Source: Candidatus Hermodarchaeota archaeon (lineage in GTDB: Archaea; Asgardarchaeota; Hermodarchaeia; Hermodarchaeales; Hermodarchaeaceae). From it: a stretch of 57,922 bases of DNA. Where the stretch lies: NCBI GenBank assembly GCA_016839365.1, contig JAEOUH010000008.1:1-57922 (forward strand). Direction: 5' to 3'. The position numbers were made by a program, and so were the translations under genes. Below, piece by piece: positions 50,256 through 57,922 of this stretch (the first letter of the stretch is position 1; every line of letters starts with the position of its first letter). The notes below the pieces were generated by a model. The model did no database searches. It was not told the origin of the DNA and saw only the letters and a list, made by a program, of their open reading frames with translations.

Positions 50256-50972
50256 TTAGGTCTCTTTCAGCACAATTTCTTGGTCAGATTCGAAGAACTC
50301 CTTAGCTGTCTTTACAACCTTATCAAATTGCTCAACTGGGAAGGTTTCCTCTTCTTCATCACAGATTTGGATCTCAAGGCTTTCCTCTCCCAGATAGAGA
50401 AATGCGCTGTAATACCCCCAAGCCGATACAAGAACGAAACTTAGGGAGGGTTCTTGAAGGTGAAGGTTACCATCTCTGTATATTACGAAGAATTCGTTTC
50501 CCTCGATCCCTCGTCCGCCATGCTCACGTATAGCTGCATCAAGGGCAGTTAGTAACCGTGTGACCGATTGCAGCGAGTATCGAAGTCCGTAGTCCATTGT
50601 CCAATTATAGACTTCTGCTGTTGTGGTTTCAGTTTCTATTGATTCACCTTCGAACTTGAATTTCACTCGACGTTTCGAAGGTCCAATCGCTGCTTCGGTT
50701 TTCGTCTTCAACTGGTTGCTAATATCGTTAAGCAGTTCCATCTGTGTCGCGGTTACGGGAAGATCGATATAACCCCACAAAGCCTTACCAGAAACGACAA
50801 ATAGGTTCAGGGTAAGCGGATCCATGTCTTGGCTAGCACTGATTCTCATTTCGACCATATCCCCCATATGATGCATCCGCACTTCCCATTTATCACTCAG
50901 TGCTTGGTGGACATTCGCTAGTAATTTTCCAGTTTTCCAGACAAAAAGCGGACATTGGTATTTTATCGCCAT
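50256..50972 (-). CDS. Hypothetical protein
   Basis: 238-aa ORF preceded by GAGG; no motif recognised. Confidence 0.65.
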   Translation of the reverse strand: MAIKYQCPLFVWKTGKLLANVHQALSDKWEVRMHHMGDMVEMRISASQDMDPLTLNLFVVSGKALWGYIDLPVTATQMELLNDISNQLKTKTEAAIGPSKRRVKFKFEGESIETETTTAEVYNWTMDYGLRYSLQSVTRLLTALDAAIREHGGRGIEGNEFFVIYRDGNLHLQEPSLSFVLVSAWGYYSAFLYLGEESLEIQICDEEEETFPVEQFDKVVKTAKEFFESDQEIVLKET

Positions 50973-51084
50973 TTGTACTCGCCTCGAGTTGATGTTGCCT
51001 GTTCAATGGCTCATATAGTTTTCGAAATCACAGTCTCATTGAAGATCTGCCAATCGGTTAGATCATATTACATTGAAGGCATTA

Positions 51085-51705
51085 TTAGGTGCTCTGCGAA
51101 TGAGCTGCAAGGAGGTCTTCATTACTCTTATTAAACCGTTTTACTAACTCGGCAATGATGCCATCTAAAAAGACAGCAGCTGCAATTTCAAATTGCGTAC
51201 CCTCGGGGGTTAAGCTTGCATCTTCGCCTTTTTCTTTTCGGGCTATATCGATTTTTGTGCGGCCTTGAAGCTTCACGACCAGATCACTCATCCGCCCAAT
51301 CCAACTCTCGGGATAACTGGTTATCGATAAAATATTCGGGTTTTGATCAAGATAACTCTCAATAATAGCCTTTACGATTGCTGTCCTCCCACTACCTGAG
51401 ATTACGATCAACACATCACCCTTATCAAGGTGCGGAACAGATCGACTATTTGTAATAAAATATACTGGCACGTTCAGGTGTTCTAAACGGGTCTGGAACA
51501 TTTGGCCTACCATGGCCGAACGACCGCTCCCAACCACGAATATGCATTTATCTTCCCGCGCTGCTTTTTCAATGACATCAACGAATTTGATTACATTGCT
51601 CTTGTTTTCACGGAGGAAATCGATATTCTTCTGAATGTTATCTGTGATAAGCTGCATGGCCCGAAGATAGGTATCATCTTTATTTGATCCCACTTTTGCT
51701 GGCAA
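51085..51705 (-). CDS. hxlB: SIS-domain 6-phospho-3-hexuloisomerase-like protein
   Basis: IFVVGSGRS, DVLIVISGSGRT, PEGTQFE, DGIIAEL, C-terminal His. Confidence 0.82.
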   Translation of the reverse strand: MPAKVGSNKDDTYLRAMQLITDNIQKNIDFLRENKSNVIKFVDVIEKAAREDKCIFVVGSGRSAMVGQMFQTRLEHLNVPVYFITNSRSVPHLDKGDVLIVISGSGRTAIVKAIIESYLDQNPNILSITSYPESWIGRMSDLVVKLQGRTKIDIARKEKGEDASLTPEGTQFEIAAAVFLDGIIAELVKRFNKSNEDLLAAHSQST

Positions 51706-51816
51706 AAAGCCTTGTCACCGCTGCCAAAAAAGATGTTCTTGTATAAAAGCACTTGTTTTTTATGCTAACTTGAACTTGGACTCTTTCTAATCGAGAGAAA
51801 AGAACTGGTCATAAAC

Positions 51817-52620
51817 TTATTTATTAAGAAGGGGCTGAAAATAACGTCGAGCGATTTCCACCAGCTTATCTTCGGATAATGAAATACAAATTGGACTTAT
51901 TACAATCTTTTTTTCTTTCAAGGAAAAGTAGACATCAGTTGCTTTTATTGGCTGCGAGTTCTCTTTTCCATGTATCCAATGATATTCCATTCCATGGGGA
52001 TCTATACGAGATTTTAGTCGATTGGTGAATCTTACTCTTTGCGGTTTGGCAACTTCAATGGGTGTATTTTCATCTACATCAGCTGGAAAGCTTATGTTTA
52101 GAAAATCACTTCCTGCTGGCAACCCCTTGTCTAGTACAAGATCAATAATCTCACGAGTGCGTTTAGCTGCCTCCTTATAGTTCGCGTCTGAATCCTGTGG
52201 AATGAACCAAGTATTGCTCGGAGTTTCAATTGAAAAAGCAATGGCTGGAATTTTCCAGAGTGCGGCTTCTATGGCCGCTCCTACTGTTCCACTAGTTAGA
52301 ATGCTGTGTAAACTAACGTTCAAACCTAAATTAGGTCCTGATATCACCAAATCAACATCTGGGCAATAGGTAAGACACCAGGTAATGGCATCTCCAGGAG
52401 TTCCTGAGGACTCGATGATGATTTGTTCTGCGAGACGGGGTCCTTTTGTGAATCGAATTGGTTCATTGAAGGAAATTGCTTTTGATATTCCACTCCGGGG
52501 GCGATCTGGCACAATGACTGTAAGTTTGTAATGGGGTAAAAGCTCTTCAATGAAAGAGGGCAATGCAGGTGAACGAGCACTATCATCATTAGTAAAGAAG
52601 ATGTGAGGTTGAGTTGTCAA
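51817..52620 (-). CDS. surE: 5'/3'-nucleotidase SurE
   Basis: TNDD, SG.S, GTPGD, DLVISGPNLGLN, SGTVGAA. Confidence 0.92.
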   Translation of the reverse strand: MTTQPHIFFTNDDSARSPALPSFIEELLPHYKLTVIVPDRPRSGISKAISFNEPIRFTKGPRLAEQIIIESSGTPGDAITWCLTYCPDVDLVISGPNLGLNVSLHSILTSGTVGAAIEAALWKIPAIAFSIETPSNTWFIPQDSDANYKEAAKRTREIIDLVLDKGLPAGSDFLNISFPADVDENTPIEVAKPQRVRFTNRLKSRIDPHGMEYHWIHGKENSQPIKATDVYFSLKEKKIVISPICISLSEDKLVEIARRYFQPLLNK

Positions 52621-52696
52621 TTCAAATACAATTCCTATATGTTATTAGCCTCTTCTGTAATGTAAGAGCCGGAACATGTAAAAAAAGTATTAATAC

Positions 52697-53356
52697 GTGA
52701 AAATATCGAACTGGATAGGAAAAAAGGATTCTATGTCATATTATTCGGGTATCGTTGAAGGCCCTGAAACAAGTCAGAAGCTATTGATCTGTCTGGCAAC
52801 CCATATTCAAGCACAAATGTTTCAGGGGAGTTTTATGACCATAATTCATTCAGGTAATAATGACTACATTCGTTTACTCCATATCCTGATTTCTAAGCTT
52901 CTGCTAAACAAACATCGAGTGTATGTTTTTGATTATCATAGACGGATTAAGCTAGTCTATCTTCAACAATTGCTTTTCAAAAACCCTGAAGAGATGAGAA
53001 CGGCTCTCCAAAAGCTAATGATTCGCGTGATTCTTGATGAGAATCATGCACTAGATGAGCTTGTGCAATTACAACGGCGGACGCCTTCTCGACATCGACC
53101 CCCTGCTCTCTTTTTCATCGACCCATCAGGTCTCTTTAACCGTCTGAGAGGTGGCGTCAAACAGTCATCAGAGGGACTCCAATTCCAATATGAGGCTGCA
53201 ATGGCATTCGCACAAAAAGGATACTCTGTCGTCGTTTCGGATTTTGGTGGCCGACATTTTCATCGTATGGAGTCAGTGGTTCCAGCCCAACTAGCTAAGC
53301 CATCGACACTGATCATTCAATTTCTCCCTCGACAAATACTGCTGTCTTCGAGTTAG
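52697..53356 (+). CDS. Possible degenerate RecA/RadB-fold protein
   Basis: Strand pattern RVYVFD..LMIRV..LFFID..SVVVSD; no Walker A. Confidence 0.4.
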   Translation: MKISNWIGKKDSMSYYSGIVEGPETSQKLLICLATHIQAQMFQGSFMTIIHSGNNDYIRLLHILISKLLLNKHRVYVFDYHRRIKLVYLQQLLFKNPEEMRTALQKLMIRVILDENHALDELVQLQRRTPSRHRPPALFFIDPSGLFNRLRGGVKQSSEGLQFQYEAAMAFAQKGYSVVVSDFGGRHFHRMESVVPAQLAKPSTLIIQFLPRQILLSSS

Positions 53357-54402
53357 GATGAATTTAGATCCTTCACAATTGATTGTCCGCAACGAGTGCA
53401 GAAAGCTATTCCCGGTCTCCCTTGATGTCCACAATGTTGGCATATATTCCCGACATCAGGAATTGCTTCCTCGAATGAGATATATCGAGGTTGTTGCGGT
53501 TTTACTTGTCTTTGTTGGCGCATGTATTTTTTGTGTTGTTTTTCACGGTATGCTCCACGTGCCCCTGCAAAGAACGCAACCGAAAAAAGAGGGGTCAATG
53601 GTGCGACCATCGCTACTGGTATCTGGGTTAGGAGAATGAGGAGAACGGGGGCTGCTAATCCAAGGGAAATTCCATAGAGGTTGAGAACAGTCTCTAAATT
53701 AAGATAAAACGTCACACCCAGAGTGCCAGCGAAAAGATTTAGGGTGAAACCAAAAATCAAGGCTCCAAGAATACGCAGCCAATGGTGAACCCGAAAACTA
53801 AGACTTATGGTAAACGACTTGGTCAACGAAAATCCTCCAAGAACTAATAACATTGGAATGAAAAAGAAAAGGACTTGTAGGAAGGGAACGATGACCACTA
53901 AGATGCTGCCAGCGGTAAGAACGGTTGCTGTGAGAAAAGCCGCAAGCACAGTGGAGAGAATAGGAAACCGCAGAGCATTTGGGTTAGAAACTAACACGAG
54001 CAAGGATGGAACAGTTCTCAGCACATGATACACAGTGAAGGTTCCCAAAAGAAATGTTCCAAAAAATATCACAAAATTCTGCACCAGCCCCAGAGTAAAA
54101 CTAGCCATGAGCAAATCAAAAAGTAAGAGAAAATCTGGAATAGGCGCAAAAATCTCATTGGTGATCAAAATATCAAGAATCGCAATGGTGGAGTTCACCG
54201 GAATCAGGATAAGGGATAATATGAATCCGCCGATGAAAAATAAGAGGACTAGCCAACGGAACTGATGCCGGAGGAGGTAGATACTCCGTCTAAAAGCGTC
54301 TCCAAATGAGGTGTTTGCTAGCCAATCCTTTCCCTGAAAAGAAGACATCTCATCCGGTGAAGGGGAGATATGGGTTACCTGCGCGAGGTTGGGCTCCGAC
54401 AT
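53353..54402 (-). CDS. Multi-pass membrane protein with C-terminal Zn ribbon
   Basis: About 6 TM helices; CQHCG..FCTRCG. Confidence 0.75.
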   Translation of the reverse strand: MSEPNLAQVTHISPSPDEMSSFQGKDWLANTSFGDAFRRSIYLLRHQFRWLVLLFFIGGFILSLILIPVNSTIAILDILITNEIFAPIPDFLLLFDLLMASFTLGLVQNFVIFFGTFLLGTFTVYHVLRTVPSLLVLVSNPNALRFPILSTVLAAFLTATVLTAGSILVVIVPFLQVLFFFIPMLLVLGGFSLTKSFTISLSFRVHHWLRILGALIFGFTLNLFAGTLGVTFYLNLETVLNLYGISLGLAAPVLLILLTQIPVAMVAPLTPLFSVAFFAGARGAYREKQHKKYMRQQRQVKPQQPRYISFEEAIPDVGNICQHCGHQGRPGIAFCTRCGQSIVKDLNSS

Positions 54403-54573
54403 TCATGCCCCTCATCATGGGTTTGTGGAGTACCTGCGTGGGAGACATCTTAAACTTGATGGTAATTATCAACATACTATTGGTTTGATTCCTAGAAGTA
54501 GGAAAAAGATAATCTAGTTATCACGATATGATTTAGTCATCAAGAAACATCAAAGTCAATTGAGTGTATTTCT

Positions 54574-56127
54574 ATGCCGAAACGACTGACCATCAATGAT
54601 ACCTGGGTCCTCGAACGGGAAGGATCGTTTAGTTCAAGCTTTTCTGGATTTCTCCATAATATTACCGGTGGACTCAATCTAAGAGATACAATAAAAGCAG
54701 GATTAGATGTTGCCCGAACTATGACGGATTTTGGGGATACGGGTTTTGTTAAACCATTACTTGATAAAATATGGGGCACCTTGGGAGTTGATTTGAAACC
54801 CGAAATGAGAGAGAAAATCCAGAAAAAGCTCGATCAGAGGCAAAAGGAAGCCCACAGAAAAATCGATGAGGCTGAGAAGCAAGCTCAACAAACGATCGAA
54901 GAGACTGTAGTAAAAAAGGAAGCCAAGTTTGAGGCACTCGAACAACGAATAGCACAACATGAAACCGATTTAGAAACAATGGAAACAACCGTGGGACAAC
55001 AGGTCGCCAGCCAATTATTTGGTACCAAAATGGACTCATTGGTCGAAGCTTTGTACTCGGTGGCCAAGGAACGGGGAATCACCAACGAAGAGATCTTAAA
55101 AATCATCAAAGCCCTCCCTGAGTTTGAAGCCCTCATGTATTTCATGAATGTCCGGAAATTCTATCGAGATCACACAGCCCATTCCCTGCGTGTTGCAGCA
55201 CTCGGGGATTTTATCCTTGATAAAGAGGGATTCGCTGGAGGGTTGGAAAAGTTACTCATGGAGCAGTTCCACTTTTCGAAGGAAGAAGTGAGGACAACCT
55301 GGTGGTTCACAGGGTTGCTTCATGATATTGGAACGCCTTTAGCGAAGCTTTTCACTTCCCTAAACTGGTCAATGATCAATGAAATGACTCGCTGCTATTC
55401 ATCTTTGGGTATGGAATTTTTCCCCCTAGGAATCAATGTGAATCATCCAGATTTGGGGAATACAGATTATTTGAAAATCCTCTGTGAAGGCTATCCCAAA
55501 TCTTGGCAAAAAATAATCACGAACGGCCTTGGAGTTACTCCAGACACTCATGATGGTTTTCAGTATTTAGCACAGAGCAAAGAACATGTTGAATACAAAC
55601 CAACTTCTACCCAAATCGATCATGGCGTTGTTGCTGCTGTTGCTTTACTTCGAACCCTAGGATCACCAGAAGAAATTTCAAATGAGCAGCCAGAAAACCG
55701 ACCCCTCATTGAAGCCGCTCGAGCGATTGCCCTGCATGATAACATCGAGAAATTATGTCCACTACCCTTCGAGGAATATCCCCTCCTCTTTCTCCTTGCA
55801 ATAACTGATGAATTACAGGAATGGGGTCGTCCAATTCCCGTCTCTTCCGAAGAGGGATATTTCACCACATCACTTCAGAAGGTCACCCTCACTGATGCTA
55901 TTTTCCACGATACATCCATTGAACTATGGGATGTTCCCTTTACGAACGCCCAAGCTAAGACCCTGATGGGGTTTGATTTCAATCGGATCCACCACGACAA
56001 AGAAGCCAAACTCAAAGGACTCGACTGCACTGAACAGTTCCCTGAAACAGACTTGCTTTTAATCGACTACGACAAAGATGCTTCAAAGGTTGCAGAAAAA
56101 TACGAAATTAGAATCAAATCTCTATGA
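54574..56127 (+). CDS. Coiled-coil + HD-superfamily phosphohydrolase
   Basis: RDHTAHSLRV, LLHDIG, DHG, IALH, DELQEWGR; heptad-rich region at aa ~75-140. Confidence 0.8.
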   Translation: MPKRLTINDTWVLEREGSFSSSFSGFLHNITGGLNLRDTIKAGLDVARTMTDFGDTGFVKPLLDKIWGTLGVDLKPEMREKIQKKLDQRQKEAHRKIDEAEKQAQQTIEETVVKKEAKFEALEQRIAQHETDLETMETTVGQQVASQLFGTKMDSLVEALYSVAKERGITNEEILKIIKALPEFEALMYFMNVRKFYRDHTAHSLRVAALGDFILDKEGFAGGLEKLLMEQFHFSKEEVRTTWWFTGLLHDIGTPLAKLFTSLNWSMINEMTRCYSSLGMEFFPLGINVNHPDLGNTDYLKILCEGYPKSWQKIITNGLGVTPDTHDGFQYLAQSKEHVEYKPTSTQIDHGVVAAVALLRTLGSPEEISNEQPENRPLIEAARAIALHDNIEKLCPLPFEEYPLLFLLAITDELQEWGRPIPVSSEEGYFTTSLQKVTLTDAIFHDTSIELWDVPFTNAQAKTLMGFDFNRIHHDKEAKLKGLDCTEQFPETDLLLIDYDKDASKVAEKYEIRIKSL

Positions 56128-56697
56128 AGCAAAAGAAGAATAAATGAATGGATGCAGTTTCTCCCGTAACTCCGCTAGCCGATTGTAAATTAGCAACCGC
56201 GTCACCTGATCGAAGAGCTCTCCTACATTCTCACCTGATCGGGCTGAAGTTTCAAAGTAGTTATCAAATTCAAGATTAATGTGGCGTTGGTAGGCTTCAG
56301 CCATTGAAATCACTCGCTTCGATGCCAAGTCGACTTTATTTCCCACGAGCACACTCGGCGTTTCATCAGGCACAGCTTGACGGAAGGCTTGTAACCATCC
56401 TTCAACATTATCAAAGGTTTCTGCTCGGGTTAAATCAAAAGTGACGATGACAGCATCACTGCCCAAGAAATAGAGTTTTCGCACACTCTCAAACCGCGGT
56501 TGACCCGCAAGGTCCCAGATTATCAGGCGAATAAGCACGTCACCAACGACGATCTCTGAGCAGTTGAGTTGAGTACCAATGGACATCTTATAATCATGGT
56601 CGAATGTCTTGTCAATGAATCGAGTAATGATGCTGGTCTTACCGACCATTGGGTCCCCAATGATTACTAATTTGAACGTATGCTCATTCATTGACAT
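56122..56697 (-). CDS. Rab-like small GTPase
   Basis: GDPMVGKT, WDLAGQ, GNKVD, ETSA. Confidence 0.93.
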   Translation of the reverse strand: MSMNEHTFKLVIIGDPMVGKTSIITRFIDKTFDHDYKMSIGTQLNCSEIVVGDVLIRLIIWDLAGQPRFESVRKLYFLGSDAVIVTFDLTRAETFDNVEGWLQAFRQAVPDETPSVLVGNKVDLASKRVISMAEAYQRHINLEFDNYFETSARSGENVGELFDQVTRLLIYNRLAELREKLHPFIYSSFAS

Positions 56698-56969
56698 GGG
56701 GAGTCGCTCGCTTTTCTCGCCTTGCTTTTCTATTCGTCTAGATTAGAAATTTAAAGGGTGTTAATACGAAATATCAAAATCTTGAAGTTGCCTAAATGGC
56801 TTTTCCTCGCTTAATGTCGGTATTTTACGCGGTTCTAATCCGGAAGATATAAAAAAAAATCAGAGTCAACCTCAATTATTCGCGCAAAAACACACGTGGT
56901 TATTCCCGGATTTATGGTTGCGATATATTTAAGCTGAAAAGCTCGTAGTGCCATGCAGGAGCGTCAACA

Positions 56970-57922
56970 GTGACTATACAGATCGATGATGCTGGATGGG
57001 GTGACCCCATTGGTGGTGTAATTATTGGTATCTACCGGGTAGAAACTAGCGAATATATAGCAAAGGAGATTGAGGTCATTAACTTTCAAGAACAGAATTT
57101 TTCACAAAAAACGTTTTTGACCCGAGGTTTAGAACTAGTCCTAGAAGCCCTTGAATGTCTACAAGTTCCAAAGGAAGAACCAATTGAAGTCTGTCGAGGA
57201 GCAGTTCTTGATGGGGTTCGTGATGGACTTCAGAGTCGAGGTTATGAGGTGATTCCCAAAAAAATCGAAGGTCAACTGCAGGAATTGGTTGAAGCGAATT
57301 TTGTGTCTACACTGGAGCGACTTGGACTCAATGATATTCCAAGGGTTAGTGGGAAAGAACGATTCTTTCGACAACTTGAATGGGTTCAAGAGGATCATAA
57401 ACAACGTGAGAGGCACGTGAAAACTGGTTGGAAGAATTGGGAGAAAAGGCTACGGAACTGGCGGCCCAAATGGCGTCAATCTCAACGTCAGAACTTCAAC
57501 CCACCGGTTATCATCAAATTGGGTGGCAGTATTATTTCTGATAAATCCAAACGATCGACTCCTCGCCTTGACACGATTAGGTTGCTAGCTAAAGAGATTT
57601 CAGCAGTGAAATCACATCCAGTGGTCGTCGTGCATGGTGGTGGCTCTTATGGTCATTTTCCCGCAAAAGAGTATGAGATTCATCGAGGAGGACGATCTCG
57701 TAAAAAGAAAATAGGTGTGACCGAAACCGCTCTTGAAATGACAAATCTGGGGCATCTTATTCATAGTGCCTTTCTCGAAATTGAACAACCAGTAATTCCT
57801 ATTCGCTCCTCTTCCATCATTGTCACACTTGAAGGACGCATTTCTCATATGGATCTTCAGTCCATGCAAGAATTCTTACGGCAGGGGTTCATTCCGATCC
57901 TCGCGGGGGATGTTGCTGCCGA
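56970..57922 (+). CDS. Fusion of an RNase H-like uncharacterised domain and isopentenyl phosphate kinase (3'-truncated by window edge)
   Basis: Manual translation from GTG at 56970 (AGGAG upstream): TIQIDDAGWGDPIGGVIIG..EVCRG..KTGW, continuing in frame into VIIKLGGSIISDK..VVVHGGGSYGHFPAKEY..GFIPILAGDV. Confidence 0.8.
   Translation, partial: MTIQIDDAGWGDPIGGVIIGIYRVETSEYIAKEIEVINFQEQNFSQKTFLTRGLELVLEALECLQVPKEEPIEVCRGAVLDGVRDGLQSRGYEVIPKKIEGQLQELVEANFVSTLERLGLNDIPRVSGKERFFRQLEWVQEDHKQRERHVKTGWKNWEKRLRNWRPKWRQSQRQNFNPPVIIKLGGSIISDKSKRSTPRLDTIRLLAKEISAVKSHPVVVVHGGGSYGHFPAKEYEIHRGGRSRKKKIGVTETALEMTNLGHLIHSAFLEIEQPVIPIRSSSIIVTLEGRISHMDLQSMQEFLRQGFIPILAGDVAA

Noticed and set aside
57159-57869. 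Two minus-strand 85-aa ORFs
   Set aside because: Antisense to the plus-strand IPK fusion gene
1-57922. CRISPR arrays, IS elements, integrases, rRNA and tRNA genes
   Set aside because: No regularly spaced repeats, transposase or integrase motifs, or structural RNA signatures seen by eye; an intron-containing tRNA or small RNA could have been missed

Overview
Gene-dense archaeal chromosomal segment, most likely from an Asgard archaeon. This is inferred from topoisomerase VI A/B, RadA, a short histone and a tungsten-type AOR occurring together with many eukaryotic-signature-like proteins: two Rab-like GTPases, a roadblock protein, a longin protein, a presenilin-like protease and an alpha-SNAP-like protein. 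About 55 CDSs are present. I could not support any rRNA, tRNA, CRISPR array or transposase. Main observations: (1) a PolB1-type DNA polymerase with the proofreading exonuclease domain apparently deleted, a rewritten motif B and C-terminal PIP-like boxes, about 1 kb from a LigD-type 3'-phosphoesterase gene that carries a single in-frame TGA, suggesting an error-prone repair module; (2) a MIT-like + phospholipase D protein with the architecture of the eukaryotic ESCRT-III partner MITD1; (3) a longin + DENN-like (folliculin-like) protein near a roadblock gene; (4) an alpha-SNAP-like protein; (5) a circularly permuted family-5 solute-binding protein; (6) an ORF missing from the supplied track at the right edge, fusing an RNase H-like domain to isopentenyl phosphate kinase. 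All family calls come from motif recognition by eye, not from database searches.
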